Assembly: GCA_029717555.1 (NCBI GenBank)
Contig: JAMDHS010000070.1
Span: 1-64,000, forward strand
Length of the DNA: 64,000 nucleotides
Direction: 5' to 3'
Source of the DNA: Peribolospora baueri
Lineage: Eukaryota
The translations under genes were made by a program, and so were the position numbers. The notes beneath the pieces are model-generated. The model ran no database searches, was not told the origin of the DNA, and worked only from the letters and a program-made list of their open reading frames with translations. Shown here one piece after another: positions 25,780-37,670 of this stretch; the first letter of the stretch is position 1; every line of letters begins with the position of its first letter.

Positions 25780-26230
25780 CCCACTAATCGATTCTCTCTC
25801 TTTTCCCGTTCGAAGCCTTTCCCGCTCGAACTTGATCGACTCTCGCTCCTTTCCCACTCGAACTTGAGCGACTCTCGCTCCTTCGCCGTCACCCCGTTGC
25901 CTTTGCAACAGAAAATAGACACCGCCCGCCCCACCGCCCCCCTGTAGTAGTAGCATTTAGAAGAGACACGGCGATGTCATCTTCCGGGCGGAATTGGAAA
26001 ACAACGAAAAAGGGTCTTCAACAAGAGAAAAACGGTCTTCAACGGGGAGGGAAGATAAAGCAGCAAGGAAAAACAAGAAAGAAACAGGGAGGGAGGAAAA
26101 AACGGCGAGAAGAAACGGTTTTCAGCAGTGTCGTGCCACGTGGCAAAATGGAAAAGCGCGGGCGGAGAATCAGCAGGGGAAGATGAAAAACAAGGAGAAA
26201 AGAGTCTTCAACAAGAGAAAAACGGTCTTC
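25780..26230. repeat. Short direct-repeat tracts at the edge of the Gypsy relic
   Basis: CTCGAACTTGA.CGACTCTCGCTCCTT x2 (about 25826-25883). GTCTTCAACAAGAGAAAAACGGTCTTC at about 26014 and about 26204. Confidence 0.7.
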
Positions 26231-28500
26231 CCTGCGAGAGGTGATCCATGCAGTTCCTCCATGACCAGAGGGCGCAGGGAAGCTGGGACGAAGGGTCTCG
26301 AATGATAGAGGAGAGTGCCATCTGAGCTGAGCTTGAAATGCCGCAACTGTGCTCCGAAGTTCTTGGGCTTGGGCTGGGATGGGTCCTTGAGCCAGGTGAT
26401 CACTGGTGTGATGGCTGCATCCGTCTGCTGAGCTGTGCGAATGTCTTCTAGGAGGTTATATGACAAGGCCGTGGTCCGGAGTGTGTTGAGCCTCGCTCCT
26501 GGGGGGCCCTTCCAAGGGACCATCGCCCTCGATGGTCAACTGGGGCCGAGGTGAGCCAGGGAGGGAGCGCACGAGGTAGGCCACAGCAGTTGCAGAGAAG
26601 CTCCGTCCAGCGAGCTTGCCGCCTGGAGAGGTTGCGCTGAGCCTGGAAGTTCTGGAGGGCATGATGGTCTGCGAAGACCTCAAACCTGGGTGCCCCTTCC
26701 AGAAACACACGCCAAGTACGCAGAGCATGCACAATGGCAAGGAGTTCCTACTCAGCGCAGTTCAGGATGACAACTGAATCCATTGGCCTTCGAGTCCAGG
26801 ACTGGAATGGGAAGGCCAGGTTGATAAAAGCGCAGAACTGGGACTGAGGTGAAGGCTCTCTAGCTCCTGGAAGGCGTTATCACAGGAGATGTCCCAATTG
26901 AATGGGGCGCCCTTGGACAGGAGTGCAGAGGTCGGGACGATGATCTTGCTGAAGTTCCGGATGAAGCGGCGATAGAAGTTGGCCAGACCGAGGAAGACTT
27001 GGATGTCATGGACTGACTGAAATGTCCTGGCGCCATCCTCGACAGCTTTGTCATCGTCTATCTCGATGACATCCTCGTTTACTCCAGCACGGAGGAGGAT
27101 CACCTGCGACACCTCGAGCTCGTCCTAGAGGCCCTAGCCAAGCACACTCTCTATGCTTCTCCCAGCAAGTGCTCTGCCAAGGTCAAGTCTGTCCTAGACT
27201 AGAGACGATGAAACCAAGATATTCGATCTGGGAGGCGAAGAAGGAGCACTTGCTGGGAAAAGCAAAGAGTGTGTGCTTGGCTAGGGCCTCTAGGACGAGC
27301 TCGAGGTGTCGCAGGTGATCCTCCTCCGTGCTGGAGTAAACGAGGATGTCATCGAGATAGACGATGACAAAGCTGTCGAGGATGGCGCCAGGACATTGTT
27401 CATCAACCACTGAAAGGTGGCAGGAGCATTGGTCAAGCCGAAGGGCATGACCAGATACTCGAACTGCCCATAGCGTGTCTTGAAAGCCGTTTTGGACACA
27501 TGGCTGGGGTCGATGCGGACTTGATTGTAGCCCGAGCGCAAGTCCAAGTGTAGAACTTGGCCATGGCGAGACGATCTAGGAGCTCATCAACCCTTGGCAG
27601 GGGATAGCGATCCTTGATGGTCTGCTCGTTGAGAGCAGATGGCTGGATCCGGCCTGAATCGATCTCCTCTTTGAGGTAGGCGCGAAGGGTGTTCAACTCC
27701 ATCTGTGACAGACGGTAGACTGGACCATTGACTGGTGCTGAACCTGGTTCTTCATGGATTTGGTGGTCCACAGCCCGCTTGGGAGGTAGACCATCTGGGA
27801 GCTTGTCAGGGAAGGTCCGCCGATGCTTGGCCAGCAGCTGGAGCAGTCGGCTATGCAGCGTGACCTTGTCTGGAGGCAAGTGGATGTTGTGCTGAGAGAC
27901 TGGAGACTGGACTGGAGTCGACATCTGGGGCTGGACTGAGTTCTTGATCTTGAGGACAGGAGTCAGGAGCTGGACGATCCTGGGCAAGGTAGAGGTCGGT
28001 CTCCTTCGCCACCACTTGGCGAGAGACCGCAAGACAGGAAGGCTTTGCCTCTGAGGCAGAAGCCACAGGACCAGGGACAGGACTGGGAGACATGGTGACT
28101 GGCTCTGACTCCTGGGAGGAGTGGAGACATCCAAGGCAGCAAGGGTAGGCTGGACTAGGGCGTGAGTAGGCTGAACTGGGATGTCGCAAGATTGAACCAG
28201 AGTGTCGCAAGGCTGAGGCCAACGGAGTTGATTCCGAGGCCAGTCGATGTCTGTTGGAGAGATCCAGCCAGGGTTTGCCCAGGATGATATCAGTCCGCGT
28301 CGACTATGGGGGCCACAAGAGCAGTAAACTCTGGGCTAGCTGCTTGGGGCACCTTGTAGCCTGGATGGAGGTCCAGATGGACTGGGTGATTTCCATCCGA
28401 GTGCCATCAGCAAAACACAGCAGCCCAGTTCGCCATCCAGCTCCCAGCACCCAACCATGCGAGCGGCGCTGTGCTGTCAGTTAGGATGGGCCAGTGAGGA
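26230..28500 (-). mobile_element. Degenerate Ty3/Gypsy pol (protease, RT, RNase H, start of integrase)
   Basis: [127 protein letters not shown]. Many frameshifts and deletions. Confidence 0.93.
27021..27397. repeat. 154-bp inverted repeat (arms 27021-27174 and 27244-27397)
   Basis: The left arm is the near-exact reverse complement of the YLDD-coding RT segment, with a few mismatches near the inner end. Confidence 0.92.
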
Positions 28501-29499
28501 AGGACAAGGCAATGAATGTCAGTCAGCCAGCAGCCAGTGCGTACGATTGCCTGACGACAGATACAGGACAAGCAGGGACGAGTCCAGACGGGAACCGACC
28601 GAAGGGGGTCGCGTTCGGACGGGCGGGAGCAGACTAACATCCTCGTTCTCCTTTGCCGGCCACAGCAAAAACTTGGTGAGCGACACAGCTGCCTTGCTCC
28701 GCAGCCAACGTTGGACTATATAAGCGGGACTTGGGGCGTGTCTGGCTACCGAAGTTGAGATGGGAAACCGAAAATCCGGGGACCTTGTACGCCTTGCTCG
28801 TGTCGTTCGAGTCGTCGCTGAGCTTGACGAGCTCTGGATGCTCGCGTTGAATCCGCTCCAACAGTTCGCGATAGGGCACGAGTTTCTTTGTCGACCAACG
28901 GTTTCCTCCCAGCTCCAGCATGGACGCCAACCTCCTTCAGAAGATCCGAGAACAGCTCCAGCGGCTCGAAGAGGACAATCAGCACCTACGAGCCCACACT
29001 GGGCACCGAAGCCGAAGTGGAAGCCGACGAGGTGCAAGGAAGGACGGCCTCAGCGCTCGCCTCGCAGCCCATTGGCGGTCGTCAGGGTAGGTCTAGTGGT
29101 CGCGTCGATAGCCCAACGAACGCGATCCTGTCCGTCCGTCGTGTCGTCTTCGGTAGCGCAGCGCAGATAGGCGTGCCTGCTCGGGTCTGTCTCCCAAACG
29201 AGTGGTGAGACGATGGAAGAATGGCTTGGCGTCGACTGACTGCCTTGCTTCTTCCCCGCCTCGAGGCTGTGCCCAAGGTTCGCAATGCGGAGGACGACCG
29301 CAGCAGGAACGAACAAACAAGGAGACGGTGCGTCGGCGTCGGCGTCGGTGAAGCGAAGGCAAAGCCCGAGCGGAAAAGAAGCCCACTGGGCTCGAACAGC
29401 GCAACAGCTCTCAACGCTGACTGGACTCCCGGAAAACCTGGGCCGTAATTGGACCGACCTCATTCTTAGACTGTAGGAGATGCGAGTTCCCGTCAAGAT

Positions 29500-30234
29500 C
29501 GAACGTGATGGAAAGTTTGGTCAATATTGAGATCCGATAAGGTCGGACAGTTAGAGAACATAGATACTTGAGTGCTCCGAAGGAGAGTTGTCATGTTACT
29601 ACCACTCTCTCTATCGGAGATATGCTCAAACGCATCGAGCTGGAGAGGGAACTTGCTGCCAAACTGTGAACGGGCGTCAGAAAGGACAAGATCCATCGCC
29701 ATTGCCCACACTGACGTACAGAGCGAGGATTCTCGACTCTTAGTAGACAAGAATCCAAGATGGTTTAAGTGAAAAAAGAGTCGTCACTAAAGGCTGGCAC
29801 GCTTCCGATGGGCCTCGTAAACTATTGCAAGGCTGGGGAAGCAGTTTGCTAGACGTCTAGCTCAAATATATGGTAAGTATACACTTCTGCGACAAGGAGG
29901 ATTTGCCCTCCAGTCCTTCCGGAGGTCAAATTCATAGGTTCAGCAAGTCGAGGCCATAGAAAGGATGAGTGCATAGATGTATGGACACTCAGGGTGAGCC
30001 GCCATCTATCAAAGCAGCCATCGAGGAGCTCATCTCCTACTGACCTCGAACAACCTTTCCAACCTGACCCTCCGCTTGCTTGTCCTTGATCACTGCCTCG
30101 AAGAAGTCAACAAGGACGTGAAAGTTCGGCGTGGGACCAAAGTTAACACTCTCTGTGGGGCGCTCCATCTCTTCTTCCATGCGGATCCTTCCAGCGCCGT
30201 CGAGGTTCTCTGCCGCCGCCACCGCCATCGCCAT
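29500..30234 (-). pseudogene. LIG4: Probable decayed 5' fragment of DNA ligase IV
   Basis: Collinear pieces NFGPTPNFHVLVDFFEAV..RVRLERLFE, RWR, IYALI, FYGL, FP..AFEHISDRES and LNID resemble the fungal Lig4 N-terminal DNA-binding domain as I recall it. Frameshifts, stops and a residual GT-AG intron. Not verified by search. Confidence 0.5.
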
Positions 30235-30519
30235 ACTTGTTATCGCAGCGTACCGGGTCGATCTGGATGAGCGAGTCATCGGGCTGCAATTGGCTTGGCC
30301 GTGTGGCCTGGGACATCTTCAGGTGCGCTCAATGGACTCATACGAGCACTCCGTCGGCGCTTGGAGGGAGACGACGTCTGCTTGAGCATGCCCCCGGTCC
30401 CGATCACTCGGCTGACTAAGCCCTGCAAGTGAATTTTCCCCGTGACAGTGTGGCTCACCCCTTCTCGTCCCCGCAGACGACACACGATACGCATCAAACA
30501 CAAGGGCTCGCCCACCGCC

Positions 30520-31836
30520 ATGACGAAAGTTATAGTTGATCGCACACACGCACCTGTGCTTGTTGTTTGCATCAACAGGCCCGAGGTGCGCAACGCTGTG
30601 GATGGGGAGACGGCGAAACTCCTGCACGCGGCGTTTGAAGCATTCGCAGAGGATGACGAGGTGAGTGGACAATCGAGGCGTCGCACCAGGACTGCAACGG
30701 ACTTTTGATAGCTGTCTCCTCCCTCGTCCTATGTCAGATGCGTGTCGCTGTGTTGACGGGGGTTGGGGGAAACTTTTGTGCCGGCGCCGACCTGAAAGCC
30801 ATCTTGGCAGACAGACGGTCAGCAACGCAACTCGGGAGCACTTCCAACCGCCTCAACTCTGACATGGACGCATCGGGCCCGATGGGGTTAGTTTCTTCAC
30901 TCGACGTTACTCCACGCTTACTTACATGCCGCGAATCCCCACTTCCATGTCACTGATCTTTCCCTTTCCACAATCCTCGCTAATCAGACCCACGCGGCTG
31001 TGCCTGCCCAAGCCCGTGATCGCTGCCATCAGCGGATTCGCCGTTGCCGGCGGCCTCGAATTGGCCTGCTGGTGTGACCTGCGCGTTGCAAGTGAGGGGG
31101 CGCAGCTTGGAGTGCTCTGCCGGCTTCGCGGCGTGCCCCTCATCGATGGTGGGACGGTTCGGTGCGTCTTCTCCCAACCGTAGCGACGGAATTAATGGTC
31201 CATTGACGACGCCCCGTGGGCTGTTGATCTGTTGTCGTCTCGTCTCCAATTTTGCAGACTTCCCCGCCTCATTGGCCTATCCAGAGCACAGGATCTGATA
31301 TTAACAGGGTATGTTGGCAAGCGTCATTAACTCCTTCCGATTATGACCGTCCGACTCTCTGAATCTCGCGTTCGCTGAGCACACTCCCTACCTCACCGCC
31401 ACTGTCCAGTCGGCTCATTAGCGGCTCGGAAGCACACCGCATTGGGCTCGTTAATGAGCTAGTTCCTACATCGTCAGGGCCTGCAGCGGTTGAAGAGGTT
31501 GCGAGACGCCTTGCCCACACGCTCGCCAACCACCCACAGCTCTGCATGCTCAACGACCGTCGCAGTACACTTGATGCCACTTATGGAAACGCAAACCCTT
31601 TCCCGCTTCAGATGTCTTCAGGCCCCAAGGCTGGCAAATGGAACGCCCAAGGCGGCGAACGGGAAGCACTCCGCCAGGAGTTTGAGCTCGGTCTGAAATC
31701 CCTGGTTGACATGGGAGACGCCGTCGAAGCGTTCGTGAATAAGAATGGCAAGACCGGCCGAAAGGCCGAGGGAGCCAACTCACGAGGCAGAAAGAGACCT
31801 GGTTCCAGTATAGGCGAGCCGAAAGCCAAGATGTGA
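30520..31836 (+). CDS. Enoyl-CoA hydratase/isomerase (crotonase) family protein, multi-exon
   Basis: INRPEVRNAVD, FCAGADLK, KPVIAAISGFAVAGGLELACWCDLRVA, GVPLIDGGTVR/LPRLIG, HPQLCMLNDR. Confidence 0.92.
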
Positions 31837-32249
31837 GGCCGCCCAAGGCAATGCCAACCTCACTCGGTCTCTCCAGCTCATCATATGTCCCAGTAGCTTT
31901 CTTACCGTCACAGACGCCTCTTTTCTTCCGAGATGCTTTCACTATAGGCACCGAGATCTCATTTGTGCCTTTCCCCCCATCGTCCTATGAGCATGGATCG
32001 GGCATGGACATGTACACATGTAATTACCGCATACCTGGACGGTAACATCTTTTCGACACTCACTTCGTTTTATCCATTTATTGGTTTTCCTCCACGCCAT
32101 CCCCGACACGTCTACGCATTGGTATGTTTGTCGGCCTATCTGTATTTCTGTCTGTGCTGTTAATTTCAGACGAGACAGTCACAAATGTAGGGTTGATCTT
32201 TCTTTTAAGGCTTACCATCAGTCTGTCCATCGCGCCGCTTCTGTCTGGG

Positions 32250-35200
32250 TTAGTAGGGTGAGGAAGGGGACGAAGCGCGATGGCGGCTGCCTTTGAAGTA
32301 GGATGAAGAGGTCATGTCGAGTGAATCGCAAAAAGATGAGGAGGGCGAAAAGGCTGGAGAGCTGTTTCGCTGAAACATGCCCGTGCACTGGGAAGTGAAT
32401 AGAAGACGGGCAGCGTGGACCCGAGGATGGTAGCAGTTGGGCGCGAAGGAGGGTCTCGGGTGAAGATACGGATTCGGCTGCCTCGTTGTGGGAGCGGCCG
32501 CGGTTGCACCGGCGGTGGGACTGTCCCTTCAAGCGTCGCTCGGTCCTGCCGCTTTACGTACAGTCTACGAGGCGGAGTTAGTGGGCGTGCTACTGCGCCG
32601 CGCATCCTTTGATTTTTTTAATAACATAATAGATGGAATGTGTAAATATGAAATACTCGCCCTTGACCTCGCTCGGCAGGTGTGGGCCGATTCTGAGTCG
32701 TCAAACCGCAGCGAGCGCTACCGGGTTGGACAATGGCCGTGTGAGAAGCACTACCGCCTCCTCTTCGGCAGCGCGTCGAAGGCGGAGGTAAATATGACGA
32801 AGGTCGGCATCGAAATAGAGGGCATTGATCGGCGTGGTACGGAATACACCAAGTAGCGCTCGGGCAGCCAGACGTTGCACCTTGTCGATTTGATCCGCGT
32901 GACCGGACGTCGGGGACTGTGGGAGCCATTGAAGGACAGCATAGTCCGTGATCGGTGTGACGACAGTGAGGAAGAGGCGGCGGAAGTAAGGAAGCGGAAT
33001 CCCCCACGTCGTGCGAGCGAGGGAGGAGAGGGCCATGAGCGCCCGGTGTCCCTTGCCGCTGGCGTACCGGACGTGCTCGTGCCATCGGAGTTTTCGTCCA
33101 AGACCACGCCTAGATACTCGGCCGAAGCGTCGGGATAGATTTGTTGGCCGGCGAACGTGATAGGCGGGAGGTCGGAGGCCCGCTGAGATCCGGGGGGGGG
33201 GGGGGGGGGCGAACACGACAAATTGCGACTTAGCCGGGTCGAACTTGGCGCCGTGATCGGCGGCCCACCCCTCGGCCCGGCCGGCTTGCCGCTCTAACCG
33301 CCTGGTAGCGATGGCGGCCGTCGGCCCGAGAGCGTGAAGCGCGACGTCATCGACATAATCGATGGCGCATGGTCAGTTTTGAGCCCAGCCACTTCCGCGT
33401 TATAGAAGGAAGAGGATTGGCGAGCGTGGGGAGCCCTGTGGGATCCCAACGGCCACAGGCACGGTCTCGTGTACGTAGGAGCCCATGCGTATTGCCGTAG
33501 TGCGGTCGCGAAGCCAGCTGGTGATCAGTCGGACATGGCGATCGTCGACGCCCTTGCGGCGGAGGTTGTAGCCGAGCCGGTCGGGGTTGACGTTGTCGAA
33601 GGCCCCAGAGACGTCGCAAAACAGGACCGCCAAACACTCTTTGTGCCGCCACGCCTCACGAATCGTCTCCGTGAGGTGCGTCAGCGCGTCGGAGGTCGAC
33701 CAAAGCGGGCGCGCCCCCAAAGTGCGTGTCGGGAAGGCCGCCACAGTGTTCGGCCACATATGAGGCGCCAGAACCGCCTCGAGCACCTTGCCGAGGGTTG
33801 TTAAGAGCGAGATGGGTCGGTATGCTTTGCAGACGACCTCCTCATGCTCGTCACGGCCCACGGTCTAGAACTCGTCTCTCCCAGGGGCACTCCAACCTTT
33901 CGTCGGGCCCACGACGGCGCCGCAACATGCATCGACCTCGGCTTCGCTTCCGGCTTCGTCAAGGATCACCTCTGCCAGTCGAAGGTCGACGACTTCTCCT
34001 ACGGATCGGATCACTCCCCGCTCTCCTACACACTCTGGCTCCCCGGGGCGGCCTCTGCCAGCCACGAGGCCTCGCCCCAGCCTCTACGTTGGGACGCCGT
34101 GGACCTCAATGACGTTGTCGAGTCCGTCAGAGTCAACCTGTGCGACTGGCCTGGCGAGCCGCGAACAGAAGAGGAGGTCGATGAGGCGGCACTACGCCTC
34201 ACGATCGCCCTTCAGCTCGTCATCCATGCGCACGTGTCCCCCGTCGTCGACCCTCGCAGTATGCCAAAAGGTGGTGGAACCCGGAGATCCTGAACCCGCT
34301 AGTCGCTGAGGTCAAGCGCTGTGAGCATCGACTGAGGCGACTGGAAGAGGGGTCGCTGGAGCTTCTCGAGGCGGCCGAACAACTTCGCGTGGCAAGACGT
34401 CGCCTCAAGACCGGGGTTCGACGGGCTAAACGAGACCACTGGCGTACTTTCTTGGAGGGATTGGGAGGAGACTCGGTTTGGACTGCTGCACGGTACGCCA
34501 GGAATCCCCCGGGCGACACCGGAGTTATGCCACTCCGGGATCCGGCAGCGCCACCGTCATCTGGTCATCCGGCAGTAGTGGCGGCACCCGCCTAAGCCGA
34601 GCCCTTCCTGCGAACCTTCTTCCCCCCCGCCTTCGGTGAGTGTCCCACGGTTGGATCCTACAACTCTCCCATCGCCGGTGGAAATGCCCCTTCCCGCGCA
34701 AGAGGAAGTCCGCCGGGCCCTGTTTCGGATGGCGCCCAGAAAGGCGCCTGGGCCGGACGAGATACCGGCTTTCTTTCTACAGGCGGCCTGGCGTGTTATC
34801 CAAGGCCCCCCTCACGGAGCTCGCTCGCGCATCCTTCCGACTGGAACACTACCCGCGCCCCTTCAAAACGTCCTTCACCTGCGTCCTTCGGAAGCCTAGA
34901 AGACGGACTACACGAGCCTCGGCCTCCTCGGTGGGGTGTCCCCTGGGGTTCCACGGCGGGTGGTGTAGGTTGAAGTCGCCGACAGCCAGGATCGCCGGGA
35001 TAGCCGCTGCCTGGAGGTGGGTTAGCACGTCCTGGAGTGGGCCGAAGGCCGATGTCGTACCTGGGGCGTTGTAGAGGTTGAGAACGGCGAGCCCACGCTG
35101 CCATGTTTCCCGGGGTGAAGAAGGGAGGACTGTGACGGCCGCGGCGTCATACGAGGTGGTCGGCAGGGCGGAGACGCGGCTGGGAGGGAGCAGCCGAGTG

Positions 35201-37100
35201 TTGAGTGGGCCGAAGGCCGATGTCGTACCTGGGGCGTTGTAGAGGTTGAGAACGGCGAGCCCACGCTGCCATGTTTCCCGGGGTGAAGAAGGGAGGACTG
35301 TGACGGCCGCGGCGTCATACGAGGTGGTCGGCAGGGCGGAGACGCGGCTGGGAGGGAGCAGCCGAGTGTTGATCAGGATGGCCGACCGCGGACGACTAAA
35401 AGGGGAGACAGGAGGCAGTGGGTATGATATATGGTTCCTGCAGACAGATGAGATGGTATCTTGCCGTCTCTTCATCATGAAGGAGCGAGTGGAGGGCGGT
35501 GTCACTACGTCGGCAGTTGAACTGCCGGACGCGGATCCAACCGCCTCCCCCGCCGGGCTCTACAGGATGCGCGCCATTTGCCGCCATCACAAGAGGCGGT
35601 CCGAGGCGCGGTGCTCTTCAAGGAGTTGCTGACGGCGGGCGGGGGCACTCATTGCTGGTCGCCGGGGTGCCCTGTGTGTTCGAGGCCCGCCGCGAAGGGT
35701 GCACGCGACTTGCACATGCGAGCATTCGCCCGGAGCGCAGCCGCGATCTTCAGGACAGTGACATTGGCGCAGGGTGTGGGAAGAAGGCGTGCAACGCGCG
35801 CAGCGTGGAGTGGCCGCACAGTGGACGACCATGTGGTCGAGGGAACAGCAGTTAAAACATTGATGCAGGGACCGGCGGGAGGGACTTCTCCGTTTCCTTC
35901 ATGGTGCTCCCGATGGAGAGGCCACGCTGGAGGGCCTTGTTGGCAGCCTCCTTGTTGGCCATGTAAACAACGAGCCTGGAGGTTGGCTTGCGCGGTCCAG
36001 TGGCCCGCGAGGGCACCGCCAACTTGGCCTTAACGATGTCGGCGAGGACCATCCCGTTATCCGCCGCGAGTTCCTGGAGGCACTCTTGACTGTCAGGGAC
36101 GAATGTCGTAGGTACGCGGTGGACAACAATGGGGAAGAGATGGGCCTCGACGCGTAAACCCGCGTTAAACCCGCGTCAAGGGCATCGACCCAGGCCGTCT
36201 CCTTAGCCAAGACGCATCGCACTCTTCGAGGACGCGGATCAAGATGTCCTTGGACTTCGGATGGATCATGGCGGCTTGGACCGGGACAGCCCGTTCGGTC
36301 GCCTCGCGGACGGCAGCTTGGACACGGTTTGCGGAGGGTGGGTGGAGGGAGGGTCGTCAAGACCGGAGACTCCGGGCAGCTTTGGGTGAGCGTGACCACG
36401 GAGGGGTCCGCGTGGGCCGGCGACCCGCTGGTGGAGGAAGGGGTGGCCGTGGACCTCGTGAAGGGGGAGGGCGTCGATGGGTTCGCGGAGCATACGGCGG
36501 CGCATGATCTCGTCGCCGGGGGAGTCGAGCCGGCCGGGCAGCGCGATTCCAGATCCAGGATGGAGCCCTGCACCTGTTGGACGTCAGCCTCAAGCTCCGC
36601 GAGGCAAGCGAGGGTAACTCGACTGCGTGTCGAGAGCCTTCTCTGCGATCGCTACTTGTGACGAGCACCTGCGTGGCCAGGAACAGCACGTCGCTCCAAG
36701 TAGCGGGGTCAAGGCCAACCCGCTTCCTGGAGTCTAACGCCTGCTTCGCAGGGCCGTACAGCTTGTTCTTCAAGGCGGTGGCCACCGACCTGGGCTCGTC
36801 CGGGGTCTCTACAAGGTTAGTCAGCCTCTGGCGCCCTGGTGTCGGCGGGATCGTCGGAGGGTCAGTCTCCGGGGGGGGGGCGGGTTACTGCGCGAGCAGG
36901 GTTGGTAGGAGTTGGGACGGTTGCCGAGACACGGGTGGGGCGACCGGTAGGGGTGGCTTCTGCGCCGGTCGGCCCTCTTCCAGCCGCCCCCACTCGGCCG
37001 GTATGCGATGCAACTGGCGGAGCTCTCGGGCGGGGGTCGAGGCGGCCTTGCGTGGCATATGAGAGGCCGAAGGGAAGGGAGCGAAAAAAGGACAAAGACG
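32250..37100 (-). mobile_element. Tad-like LINE relic (ORF1 with Cys/His knuckles, EN, RT, RNase H) with internal inversions; boundaries approximate
   Basis: ORF1 CFNCCSLDH..C...RCARC...H (about 35600-35870, -). EN QFNCRRS, CLQEP, GDFNLHHPPW (-). Inverted TCIDL/GSDH/KAPGPDEIP (+, about 33830-34915). RT YRPISLL, DVSGAFDNV, GIPQGSP, YVDD, YLGV (-). RNase H TVYEAELVG (+, about 32490-32600). Confidence 0.9.
35035..35370. repeat. 168-bp tandem duplication within the LINE endonuclease (in frame, 56 aa)
   Basis: Copies 35035-35202 and 35203-35370. NTRLLPPSRVSALPTTSYDAAAV...TSAFGPL appears twice in the ORF track. Confidence 0.95.
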
Positions 37101-37159
37101 ACCCCAGACCTTATGGTCAGGTTTACGAAGATGGTGGTCGTCATCCACTTGCATGCGGT

Positions 37160-37670
37160 CCTACATGAGGGATGAAAGGAGCCGCAGTGGCTGAGGTACT
37201 ATTGCCCGTGGGCACAGACTTCGGGGGTTGCTGTGGCGTGGGTCCAGAGCTCTGGGGTTGACTCCGCTGGTCCTGACGCTGGTCGATCTGGTCCGCCAGT
37301 TTGAGCCGGTCAAGGTCCTCCGCTGGGGGCAGCAGCAGGAGGGTGTCACGAACGTGGTGCTTGAGACCGGCTAAAACCGGTCGATGGCGAGTGTTGGAGG
37401 AGTCTGGTTGTGGACCTGGAGCGACCTGAACTTGGTGATGTAGTCTGCCACAGGCCCGGTCTGCCGCAGGTTGTTCCATTGGTCCATGTAGGTCCGGTGC
37501 TCATTGACAGGCTGGAAGTGGGCGCGAAGCGCATCCTCGAGCTGGTCCCAGGTGCTGAAAGGGCCATGGGCATCAAAGCTGCTGCTGGTACGTCTGGGCA
37601 TGAGTTAAGTCTCTCCCACGTCGCTGGATGATGTCTCCAGGGAAACGGTCTTCTTGCTTTCCCTCTACTC
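37160..37670 (-). mobile_element. Ty3/Gypsy gag relic
   Basis: FSTWDQLEDALRAHFQP...WNNLRQTGPVADYITKFRSL...DRF..GLKHHVR, a retrotransposon gag signature. Frameshifted. Confidence 0.85.

Noticed and set aside
24223..29468. Single DNA transposon with TAAG-starting terminal inverted repeats
   Set aside because: The ends share only TAAG and a loose GG.CGG. No convincing TIR or target-site duplication.
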